From: Botryllus schlosseri
Taxonomy: Eukaryota
Reading direction: 5' to 3'
Assembly (NCBI GenBank): GCA_051294905.1
Contig: CM119385.1
Location: 18,848,001 to 18,912,000 of the forward strand
DNA length: 64,000 nucleotides
The notes below the pieces were generated by a model. The model was not told the DNA's origin. It saw only the letters and a program-made list of their open reading frames with translations, and ran no database searches. Below are positions 1 through 10,445 of the stretch, piece after piece (the stretch's first letter is position 1; each line of letters starts with the position of its first letter). The position numbers and the translations under genes were made by a program.

Positions 1-2382
1 GTTGGCCAGATACAACGACAGACTCGACTGTATCGCCTTCCCCGCTACTTTCAGCTCGCGGTAAGCACTCGTGACGATGTCCTTCAAGACTTCAGGAGTG
101 GCAAACGCCTGCGTCCGCAAAACAGACTTGGTTCCGCCATCTTCTTTATTCAAGTTTAAAACCACTCTGGCCTTGGACAAGAATTCAGGAAGACCCCCGG
201 AAAGCGCAGTAGATACATGATCGATAAAATCTTCGCACGCTATTTTCAGTTGCCGGTCTACATCTTTTTTGCTGTCGATGTAGAACTCTTTCACCTCGGG
301 AGACCCTTCCACAAAAAATTGCAGCAGCGCGTTGTTGGAGTCGACTCGCAACAATTTCCGGAACGTTTGAAACTCGAACATGCTGTACGCGGCGTCTTTC
401 GTTCTCGAAAAATCAAGCTGCGTTTCTCTTATAGCAAACTCTCCGTGGAACGGCGCTATCTGCTCGCGCAATATCAGCAAGTGCTTGATCAAAAACAGTT
501 GGCTGTCGATAATTTTCGGTTTTGATCCTTTCCCTTTTGAATCCTTATATTGACGCGAGCGTATCGCGTTACTCGCATTGACCAGCGATTGAACGCAAGA
601 TTGCAATGCTTCCTGAGACAGACCTTGAAATATGGTCTTGTCAATACATCGATACAATTTGGAGAGACATACCAGAACGCGGCGTACTGTCGGGAACCAC
701 ATGCCGTGCATGTCAGCAGGTGACGTGTTGAAGCTTTGATCTTGTGATTTCCCGTCAGTTTTATCAACACTGTCGTCTAGCTGAACTTCCGTAAAGGACC
801 GTTGTGCCGCATTTTTTTCTGCCGTGTCTTTTAAACTTTTTGCTATCTCCTCCATCATCTCGAGTTTTTCAGGATACGCCAAATCACCAGGTGCGGGTTT
901 GTAACCCAGTATATCGTCTTTAATGTGAATGTTAGCGCGAAACACTAACCTCTCCTGTACATCTTCCAGCATCTGTTTTGCAACGTCCTCAAAAGCTTTT
1001 AGCTGCTCGGGATAGTTCTGTACATGATCATCTAGCATTTCTGTTTTTAATATCGTGCACAATTCCGATAAAGTCTCCAAATGATAAACGTGTATGATCA
1101 AAGGTCGTAGCATGTCATATAAGCTCCCGCAGAGTCGTTGTAGCATCTCATCTAACTTTGGGGATATTTTTGTGAAAAAATGAGAGTGTAATTGATGTTC
1201 GTCTTCGCACACGTGGACCATGAATGAGCATCCGCTCCTGACTAAGGCGCATTGGTCTTGTTTGTTAGCGTTGAGTAGCTCAGCCATTGCGGCAGTTACC
1301 GACGGACCGATCAATTGCTCTCTTTTGGAGAAATAGCAGTTGTGTATTTCTGTCAGAAGGCGGACGTAGTCAGGATCGAGGTCTAACCTCTTTTCGATTT
1401 GCTCAACAAGTCCGATGATTCTTGGAGCGTTCGTCCTGAATTTACCGTAGTACAAAGTAAAAGCATCTTCTTGACCATTCGCAGAGACCGATTCGCTGCC
1501 TAAACTGAATCCAGCATCGGAATCCTGTAGTGACTCGGAAGATATTTGTCGATTTATGATAGTTGACGTTGTTTCGTTAAGCGATCGTACAATATAGTTT
1601 TTTATCATAAGCAGTGCGTTCGCACGGCATCCCTTAAATTTCGCTAAATAATCAGGACTATCTTTGTAAGAAGAGTGTTTGACCATGAAATCGATACATT
1701 CGTCAATACGCATTAGCAGAGACTGAAAAGATTCGCCAGTTACAGGCAAGTTGGGAGCGCCGAGCTTTGTAGTGATTTGATTGAGTTCATTAAAATGGAT
1801 TAAATCACGTTGAATATTGTCTGCAGCGTTGATGAGCTTGGTTTGGTCCGCGAGTAATTGTTCACAAGCATCATGCAGAGCGTTAGTTTTTGTTGACACA
1901 AAAATATACTCTTTTTCAAGGCTATCAACAGATGCCAGAGCCTCATCAATAACTGATATGATATTCTGACAATATGTATGATACTCCTTCAGAGTTCGAA
2001 CATATTCAGTATAACCATTGTCCTCCATCGCAAACATCTTGGCTTCGACTTTGTTGAACCACGAGTAGAATTCTTGCACATCGTGCACTTTTTGATTTGC
2101 CATCTCCATGTCTATAAATCCTTTGTGTAGTACATCCTCTAGTGATCCCACAGGATGAACTTGCGTTGATACAGAGCTGTTTTGAAGATTTACAGGATCG
2201 TCCAAAGGCAGGCCTTTTGGTAAAGGCAAATTGCTGGCGTTAGCCGCAATTTCGAGATATACATCCTTTTGTTCGGTACTAAGGGGTGCTAATGGTTTCG
2301 TTGCAGAGTCCCATTCGCTCAGTTTTTCAATAAATGAAGCAGTTTGGGAATAATGAGCCTGTGTTGGCTGTGTCGACGACAT
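1..2382 (-). CDS. COG3: Conserved oligomeric Golgi complex subunit 3; single uninterrupted ORF, 3'-truncated by window edge
   Basis: ATG at 2382 (MSSTQPTQ...LSEWDS) opens 794 codons to position 1. It is absent from the ORF track because no stop lies in the window. Recognisable COG3 segments: EYIFVSTKTNALHDACEQLLADQ, FTLYYGKFR, LYDMLRPLIIHVYHLETLSELC, DVQERLVFRA, GDLAYPEKL, SPADMHGMWFPTVRRVLVCLSKLYRC, FLIKHLLILREQIAPF, ending SLSLYLAN. Confidence 0.95.
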   Translation of the reverse strand, partial: MSSTQPTQAHYSQTASFIEKLSEWDSATKPLAPLSTEQKDVYLEIAANASNLPLPKGLPLDDPVNLQNSSVSTQVHPVGSLEDVLHKGFIDMEMANQKVHDVQEFYSWFNKVEAKMFAMEDNGYTEYVRTLKEYHTYCQNIISVIDEALASVDSLEKEYIFVSTKTNALHDACEQLLADQTKLINAADNIQRDLIHFNELNQITTKLGAPNLPVTGESFQSLLMRIDECIDFMVKHSSYKDSPDYLAKFKGCRANALLMIKNYIVRSLNETTSTIINRQISSESLQDSDAGFSLGSESVSANGQEDAFTLYYGKFRTNAPRIIGLVEQIEKRLDLDPDYVRLLTEIHNCYFSKREQLIGPSVTAAMAELLNANKQDQCALVRSGCSFMVHVCEDEHQLHSHFFTKISPKLDEMLQRLCGSLYDMLRPLIIHVYHLETLSELCTILKTEMLDDHVQNYPEQLKAFEDVAKQMLEDVQERLVFRANIHIKDDILGYKPAPGDLAYPEKLEMMEEIAKSLKDTAEKNAAQRSFTEVQLDDSVDKTDGKSQDQSFNTSPADMHGMWFPTVRRVLVCLSKLYRCIDKTIFQGLSQEALQSCVQSLVNASNAIRSRQYKDSKGKGSKPKIIDSQLFLIKHLLILREQIAPFHGEFAIRETQLDFSRTKDAAYSMFEFQTFRKLLRVDSNNALLQFFVEGSPEVKEFYIDSKKDVDRQLKIACEDFIDHVSTALSGGLPEFLSKARVVLNLNKEDGGTKSVLRTQAFATPEVLKDIVTSAYRELKVAGKAIQSSLSLYLAN

Positions 2383-3599
2383 TCTCGACGTAATATCCTC
2401 AATTTGAATGGTAGTCACTTCTCACGAGTTCATTAGTAACTTGGAGATCGCAGACTCAATAGGAACTTATCGCTCTCTTGCACGAATTCGCTGCAAACTT
2501 CATTATACGATTATACCATATTGAACAACTTGTAAGCAACAACCAACCAACGAAACAAGTAATGGAGCAGTGATGCATAACATGCGAGAACAACTCATCA
2601 ATCGCAATCATTGAGCACGCCACATGACGCATGAGAGGGTGAGCTGAGAGTGTTGTAAAGGCTACGATTGTGTACTGAAAAATCCCATCGCTCAGCGAGA
2701 TTCCCTAAATGTTCACAAGGTCGACGAGAAGGGTTGGTGCTCGTACCTTGCAAATGACCAAGAAACCTTGCAAATGACCAAGAATTTACCTTGCAAATGA
2801 CCAAGGAACCTTGCAAATGACCAAGGAATTACCTTGCAAATGACCAAGAATCTTGCAAATGGCCAAGGATTGATTTTACCTTGCAAATGACCAAGAAGGG
2901 TCAAAACTCACGGCAGGGTGGGACAAGACAAGATGGTTCCTCCCCCCACCTATTAGGCCAAATCCAAATCCAAATCCAAAAAAATCCAAGTTTTTATTTA
3001 AAGCTCACGTCAGTTAACTGGTTCAACCAGATGGGTCCCCCCCACCAATTCGGCAAAATCCAAATCCAAATCCAAAAATTCAAATTTTCATCTAAAACTG
3101 ACATCGGTTAACTGGTTCATCCAGATTGGCCCTCCCATCACCAATTCGGCAAAATCCAAATCTGAAAAATCCAATTTTCATCCAAAACTGACGTTAATTA
3201 GTTCGTTCAGATGAGTTCACCCCCATCATCAGATGGTTCTCCCCCACCAAATCGGTTTAATTCTGATTTTAATTAAAAACTGACGCCAGTTAATTAGTTC
3301 GTTCAGATGAGTCCACCCCCATCGCCGGATGGTTCTCCCCCACCAAATCGGTCGAAAAATCTATATCTTATAGAACATATATACGCACTTCTTGCCTTCA
3401 AAATCCTGACCATTCGCTATTATTGTAACTGCATCTTCAGAGCAACGAAAGTGTCTATACTCGCTGTAACTTGGTACTGCATGCGGTGAATGTAGCTTAA
3501 CGAACGCGACCCGTTTATCAACGTGCATTAGAATTGATTGAAAGAAAGTATGGAAATCTCAACACAAACAACACGAAAATTATAAGGAACGAACGTGGC

Positions 3600-4200
3600 A
3601 ATGTTCGCAAAAAAAGAGATCCGGGTATCGTACAGATAGCCCGTGACAGCAATTAGTCGCGAATCCGAGAGTGGAATCTTACATTCGTGACATATGGATT
3701 CTGATGGATGCAGTGCACATAAATGGTTTTTATGACTACCTTTCAGGTGACAAATGTAACGGAATTCGCTTATGCTCCATCAAGTACTCACACATTTTTT
3801 TGATGACTTTAACGTCCTGCGGTGGATAAATATGTTCGCCCTTTTTATTAATATCGGGGCGCTGCTCGTATTGTTCGGTGTCTTCCCCTTCGCTATCCTC
3901 TATTGATCGAAATTTGTCGAGCATATCTTCTCCCTTCAAATACCACAAACAAACACATTTGTGAACGCACAGTACTTTTGCGTTGCAGCAAGTACATGAC
4001 ATGCGACCGAGCTCCATATCTGCAGATACCACTACTCTTCCGAAACGACAAAAATAGTGTGTTTCAGCAGAAAATACTGAAAACATTATAAGTCGGCCAT
4101 GATGTATGGCGTGCAGAAGTTGGGCGGATTCATTTTCCGCTCTTTGAAGTAATTCCCGACAATTATCTATCTTTTTCTCCGTTAGTTCAAGCCGTGTCAT
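3600..4200 (-). pseudogene. Transposase fragment with SWIM zinc finger and downstream Cys cluster (Zisupton/KDZ-like)
   Basis: ORF 3736-4200 contains FCRFGRVVVSAD...RMSCTCCNAKVLCVHKCVCLWYL (CxC..CxH SWIM pattern) and KRIPLHLSPE. A following segment (~3700-3620) reads ESICHECKIPLSDSRLI, resembling KDZ-family CxC clusters as I recall them. No catalytic domain is visible. Confidence 0.6.
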
Positions 4201-6705
4201 TTGACGACATGTGAGCGACGAGCTGACTTGCTAAAATGCGCAGTTTGCACGATGATTCGTTTTCCATTCATTCATTTTGTGCAGTATAGTAACTATAGGA
4301 ACTGCCACACTACAACCCCTAATTGATAGGGGCCGAGCTTGAAGGAGCCCAAAGTTATTTCGTGAATGAACATAAACTAAAGATTATTTTAGTTGAAACT
4401 TCATCCAACTTTTAAAAACAAAATTCCAGACTTTGTCCGATTTGGTGTCAATAAATAAATTGGATATTGAGTGACCAGGCGCAGGCATTTTCGGCGCCAC
4501 GTCGCACCAATGCATGATGAAGTTTGGGCTAACACAAGACTGCGAGAAGTGTGCCAAAAATTTGTCTGCGACAAAACCTTGGCAGAAAATGATTGCCCTT
4601 TGTAGACCAAAAACCTCGATATAAATATGTCAAATTGTCCATAGGCACCTAAATGACTGGAGCCGAATTTCCCTGTACTGTACCCCACAGCAAAAACGCC
4701 ATCCCACAGAGAAAAGTTATTTTCCAGTAAAGAAAGAGCAATTTGGAATCGTGTGCTTCTTTTAGCTTAGTACGCATGGGCGATTTCAATATCTATTCAC
4801 TATATAACAGACAGTAAGTCATGAATTAATGACATGCAACAAAGTAATTATTGCAACAGTCCAGCCCGAATATCTTTAATTTGATTTGATGCCATAAATT
4901 TTCCAAGACGACAGCTCACTCAGCTCTACCGGAGAATCTGATTCTGATAGGATAAAATGTAGCAATGTGTACGCAATTACCAATATTATTGACGGATTCG
5001 GTCATGAATTATAGAAAATTTCCACGCTTCTAGCGATTAGGCTACGTGAACTCTCAGGCGGTACTTAGAAGAACGGATGTGCTCTCAAGCAGTGGTGAAA
5101 GCATCCATCTAGTTGTGGTGTCCAAGACTAACGTTTTTTGGGGGGGTTACCTGACGAAGTGCCTTTTCGGCACTGGTTTTGTGTATGGCCATTGGCCAGG
5201 TATAGCTGTAGCCAGGTGTTTTCGTGCGGCGCATTGTATCCGTAGTAGCCAGAGTAGCCTACGTCTGGTGGTAGTGAACAATCAGCATTCAGCAAGGTAG
5301 CACGATAAGGTGCTTGGTTCGACTCTCAAACACTTCTTCTCTCGATATTGTCGAAGAGAATAATATTATTCGACTTCACATGGTCGGTTAAATCCACGGC
5401 ATAGGCTATGTGGCGAACGACTGTAAACGACTCTCTGCGGTAGCAAGTTTATCTGGACAAAGCAATTTTACCTCGACTCAGCGGACTCACTACCGAAAAA
5501 TCTCATGGATATACCATCATGAACATAATTAATTACGATCAAAACCCTAAAATGTCACTCTCTAGCACCATATACTTGCAAAAACGGCTTCATACTCTAC
5601 ATTTTGGGTTGATTTCAATTTCTGGAAGTCCACTGGTCCGCCAAAAATGTTTTTGAAATTTTACCGGTCCGCGAGGTGAAAAAGGTTGAGAACCACTGTT
5701 CTAGAGGCAGGAAGGGTGATATTCAGACGAATTGGATCACCAGTCTTGCGTGTATAAGAACGCAAACCGGCCGCATAATTGGTGTAACTAATCAGTGATA
5801 TGGATATTTGGGAACTGTACATACCCGCAGTGATAATCAACTATATTGTCTCACTCTAAAAACTCCCGATACCAGATTAAACCAATTTCAGCCGACTTCA
5901 CTCAATTCGCAAACTTTGATTCCGCTCACTATTGACCAGAGAAACGGATCTGCTTTTCAATTTTATTTTTAAATTACATTGTTATTAATGCTGCTCAATG
6001 AATGTGTTGGTGTTACTGATGAGAAAGTGGAGGTTAATTAACAAAATTATCATTTGTCGTCATGATTCGTCCCTCATCTTCAGGTGCTTTCACGCCCCCA
6101 GTTCGAGAACCTCGGCCGTGAAACGTATATGGCATAGTACAAAGTTTATTGTCTCCGTCGCTGCCTTCCGAGCAGTGTGGATGTCCACTTGGTCGACAGC
6201 CAACCTCGGTGTTCGTGGACCAATTCACGGAGCCGCAAATAAAGTAGCCCATGTATCATTGTTTTTTATATTATTAGAATCAAGTTGAGCAAAACGTAAA
6301 CTTGATAGCCCAGCACCCTCTGACCAGAAAACCGTCCTTGCTGCGGGTGTCATTGTCCCAGTCCTTAGCTGAGCTCCGAGCTTGAAGGCGTTCGACCAGG
6401 CGATGTAGCTCCTCCTGCTGCTTCACGATCAGAAACCCAAGTCCCCGAAGCTTCGTGACGGTGGTGCTCAGCTCTAGTGGCCATGCAGCACCGGGCAGGT
6501 ACTGATCTATTCAGTAAGTGGAAGTCCTTCTAGCGCTTTCGAGACCCCCTCTCACTCACACATGCTGTTTCTGTTCCAGATCAGAAAATATTTACTCAAG
6601 GGTCCAAAAGTTCGTTTTATAAAAAATTATTCCGGGGTTTCGCGTCGTAGCTCAACGTAACTTCAAGTATATTAGAAGACATTAGATACCGCATGTGCAC
6701 TCTAA

Positions 6706-6855
6706 AGGCAACTTGACTCGTGACTTGACTTGACTTGACTTGACTTGACTCGAGTCACTTTCAAAAATCGAGTGACTTGACTTGACTCGAGTCAAAATGT
6801 GCAGTGACTCGAAATGACTCGTGACTCGAAGGTATTGACTTTGATCCCAACACTG
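6706..6855. mobile_element. End fragment of GACTCGAGTC-rich hAT MITE (CAGTGTTGGGAT terminus)
   Basis: GACTT/GACTCGAGTC arrays ending ATCCCAACACTG, the same terminus as the elements at 43090-43918 and 49614-51164. Related internal sequence lies at 7030-7150. Confidence 0.75.
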
Positions 6856-7331
6856 AATTGTGGCATGTTAAGGTGTCACAAGCTGAAGTGTCGTAATGCG
6901 CAATTGTCGCATGATTAAATGTAGCATGCGGAAGAGTCGCTGTATATATGCCGCAAAACATCAAGGACAAAAATAAACTACATCCTTTCCTTTCCATTGA
7001 AATTGAAGTCGAATATACTTTATATATTCCTCAACCATTGGCGCAGGCTCGAATGGTATCATATCTATTTTTAAATAGGTAAAATGAACTGCGCGCATCT
7101 TGACTCGAGTCACCATTAAAAATCGATTGACTTGACTTCACTCGAGTCTTCGACAAATATGACAATATCTCACGCCAAGTGGTCCGGTAGTGCCATACGT
7201 CGTATGCTCTCGAAGGTGTGCGCATAAACCCGAACTGCCGAGCTACTCCGTAGTATTCCCCTCACCAAAGTATTGTTTTGAAATTGGTAGGCCTAATATT
7301 ATTCCCCATCATAGTGAAACTAAAACGACAA

Positions 7332-7920
7332 CCAATCAATCAATCAATCAATCAATCAGGTTTATTAATATTTTCATCGTTTCAAAACATCACAAGACTG
7401 CGATACAATGAAAGATAGGAAGGTGTCGAAACAACTTGGAGTATAGCCATTAAGATCAGACACCCACCTTAGCCTAGGTGAAGTAGATATGAGGCATGCA
7501 CACTGAATGAAAAGTAATGCAGAGAATATAAGACGCAAGCGACAAAATGAGGTGGCATGTGGTGGAGGGCGAGGTCGATGTTAGGTCGTGGTCCGGTAAT
7601 CCAAGACTGGCTAGTATTGATTTAGAAGAAATTGCTTATATTTCGACTTGAATGCGGACATGCTCGACGACTGTCGGATAGCCGGCGAGATGCTGTTCCA
7701 CAATTGGGGTCCGGTATACTTGATAGAGCAATTCGTTTTCTTGTATTCAGTCCTGATCATATGGTAGTTGTTCTTCGTTGACGCGCGTGTGCTTTACTTG
7801 TGCGCTTTTGTTTTCGAGGTGAAGTAGTCGTTGAAATCTGCAACAGCGGAAGTCCACAATAGTTGTACGATCTTCCAGGGCCATAACTGGGCATGGACAA
7901 TTGGACATGCACCCTGAATG
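7332..7920 (-). mobile_element. 5'-truncated L2/CR1-type LINE 3' end
   Basis: Minus strand reads STRASTKNNYHMIRTEYKKTNCSIKYTGPQLWNSISPAIRQSSSMSAFKSKYKQFL* (typical C-terminus of an L2/CR1 ORF2), followed by a 3'UTR, AATAAA and a (TTGA)n tail at 7332-7357. Confidence 0.8.
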
Positions 7921-8559
7921 AAAAGTAGAAGAAGATAGTATAGATAGGGTTATTATACCTCCTCCTTTAGGAGGATTTGTCCTCCGAGGACAAGTTTTGG
8001 ATGAAAATTTGAATTAAACCGATTTGGTGGGGGAGAACCATCTGATGATGGGGGTGAACTTATCTGAACGAACTAATTAACGTCCGTTTTGGATGAAAAT
8101 TGGATTTTTCAGATTTGGATTTTGCCGAATTGGTGATGGGAGGGCCAATCTGGATGAACCAATTAACCGACGTCAGTTTTAGATGAAAATTTGAATTTTT
8201 GGATTTGGATTTGGATTTTGCCGAATTGGTGGGGATGGACCCATCTGGTTGAACCAGTTAACTAGCGTGAGCTTTAAATAAAAACTTGGATTTTTTTGGA
8301 TTTGGATTTGGATTTGGCCTAATAGGTGGGGGGAGAACCCATCTTGTCTTGTCCCACCCTGCCGTGAGTTTTGACCCTTCTTGGTCATTTGCAAGGCAAA
8401 ATCAATCCTTGGCCATTTGCAAGATTCTTGGTCATTTGCAAGGTAATTCCTTGGTCATTTGCAAGGTTCCTTGGTCATTTGCAAGGTAAATTCTTGGTCA
8501 TTTGCAAGGTTTCTTGGTCATTTGCAAGGTACGAGCACCAACCCTATCGAGGTCGACCG

Positions 8560-9112
8560 TAACCATGATACTATCAAGTTTACAATGCAGGACCATATTA
8601 TTGACGGTTTGTAATTGTGTGGATTTGTTTGCACAAGTACAACACACGCGCGTCCACGTCGTCCAAATATCATATGATCGACCGAAAAGATCATCGCTGT
8701 ATCAAATATGCCGGACCTGATGTGTGGAACAGTATCCCGCCGGCCATCCGGCAGTCGACGAGCATGTCCAGTTGTCCACATTCAAGTCGAAATACAAGCA
8801 ATTACTACTAAATAAATACAGTCCATCCTCAAGATTACCGGACCACGACTGACCTATCGATCTCGCTTCCCATGACATGCCGCCCTATTTCTTGTCGCTT
8901 CCTTTTTCTATACTACCTTCTTTCCTTTCATTCAGTGTGCAATGTGCATGCCTCTTCTTTACATCGCCTAGGCCAAGGTGGGTGTCCGATTGCATAGACA
9001 ACTCCTAGTGACCTAGTCGCTTCGACATCTTCCTTTCTTTTCATTGTATCGCATTTTTTGTGGTGTATTGAACTGATAAAATTGCTAATAAACCAATGAT
9101 GATGATGATTGT
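8560..9112 (+). mobile_element. Second, diverged L2/CR1-type LINE 3' fragment
   Basis: KYNTRASTSSKYHMIDRK...CIKYAGPDVWNSIPPAIRQSTSMS, homologous to 7600-7830 on the opposite strand. Ends with AATAAA and a (TGA)n tail near 9087-9110. Confidence 0.8.
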
Positions 9113-9156
9113 TCGTATCGCCGAACAATGTATTGTATTCTGATTATTCATGAGAC

Positions 9157-9770
9157 CATAGTGTCCTATATGGTGTCGACACAAGCAAATCTCACGGCTC
9201 AGTGAAATTGTATCACGTCACAATTTCTATTTGGCTACAGGCAATTTGACGGTCATTTTTGACCGGCTTGCCGAGCATTAAATTTGGTAAAACGGGTATC
9301 ATTCGAAAACTGACTCTGCACTGATTACGAAAATATAAATATTATTCCGCTTGCGGCCCTGGAACCCCCACAATCAGCCTCGAATTTTTCATTGTTATGG
9401 AGGTCCGCATTGGGACGCAACAATGCTTTTTGTACCTTTTTCTCTCGTTTCGCCAGACAGCATTGTTGCGTCATGAGCTATTCTCTCGTTTCGCCAGACA
9501 GCATTGTTGCGTCCCAATGCCAACCTCCATAACAATGAAAAATTCGAGGCTGATTGTTGGAGTTCCAGGGCCATGAGCGGAATAAAATTTATATTTTCGT
9601 AATCAGTGCAGAGTCAGCTTTCGATTGATACCCGTTTTACCAAATTTAATGCTCGGCAAGCCGGTCAAAAATGACCGTCAAATTGCCTATAGCCAAATGG
9701 ATATTGTGACGTGATACAATTTCACTGAGCCGTGAGATTTGCTTGTGTCGACACCATATAGGACACTATG
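9157..9770. mobile_element. Near-perfect palindromic (foldback) MITE, ~615 bp
   Basis: CATAGTGTCCTATATGGTGTCGACAC... at the left mirrors ...GTGTCGACACCATATAGGACACTATG at the right over ~280 bp per arm. The centre holds a 33-bp direct duplication (TTCTCTCGTTTCGCCAGACAGCATTGTTGCGTC). No clean TSD. Confidence 0.85.
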
Positions 9771-9795
9771 ATGAAACTGTCTGCCTGCTATTCAC

Positions 9796-10184
9796 CAGAG
9801 ATGAGCGGATTTGAAATTTCTATGTCCTAATCTAATCCATAACTATTTCTTATTCAAGTCCATGTCCAATCCTAATCCGATTCCAACTAGAAATTCAGAA
9901 AAAATACTAATTTATGCAATGGAGGGATTCGAAAATTTTCTTTCACAACCAACGATTCACTTGATTCCAGATAACTTAGTAACCATAAGTACATTAATAA
10001 CTGATCTGAATAAAGTTTGTCGCAATTCGCCACACGACATTTCAATCTCCCAGAAAATAGGTAAATCCAATCCAAATCCTATTCCGTTCTGAAAAAAATG
10101 TCTAATCCAAATCCAATCCAAATCCGACAAAATTTCACAAATCCTATTTTTTCAAAACCTAATCCTAATCCATGCTCATCTCTG
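9796..10184. mobile_element. hAT-type MITE
   Basis: TIR CAGAGATGAGC...GCTCATCTCTG with perfect 8-bp TSD CTATTCAC (9788-9795, 10185-10192). Internal (AATCC/CTAATC) repeats. Confidence 0.9.
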
Positions 10185-10445
10185 CTATTCACGTCATTGC
10201 TTGGCTGGGATAGTGTAACCATAGACGTTCACAGAACTATGGTTGGACATGGACATCTACTGCAAGTGCAAAAGTGTTAGTTTCTCCTCCACCTAATCTC
10301 AACCAGGATACTAGACCACATTGTAGTCCCTGCCTTGTTTGATTTATAGATCACAGTTCTTTCCGTACATTTCCATCTCCTCATAGTCCACTGTATTTTG
10401 AAATTTAGGGATAAGGAATATAGATCACGCAAACCATAGTTTCCA

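Larger units (their letters stand above)
2726..8549. mobile_element. Decayed Zisupton/KDZ-like DNA transposon with long (~530 bp) terminal inverted arms
   Basis: 2731-3263 is the near-exact reverse complement of 8011-8544. Each arm has 7 copies of a CTTGCAAATGACCAAG unit plus CCAAAT/ATCCAA repeats. The direct repeat AGGTCGAC at 2718-2725 and 8550-8557 is a candidate 8-bp TSD, and the outer 5 bp of the two termini differ. Internal SWIM-finger coding remnant. Confidence 0.7.

Noticed and set aside
2746-2900. Regularly spaced ~17-bp repeats as a CRISPR array
   Set aside because: The spacers are only 2-10 bp and non-unique, the context is eukaryotic, and the block is mirrored at 8380-8530 as a transposon arm.
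2598-3111. Short ORFs duplicated at 8179-8562
   Set aside because: These are translations of the repeat arms with no coding signature.
6034-6480. Coding-looking segments inside the Zisupton-like element
   Set aside because: All frames carry stops and I recognised no motif. They may be further decayed exons but cannot be supported.
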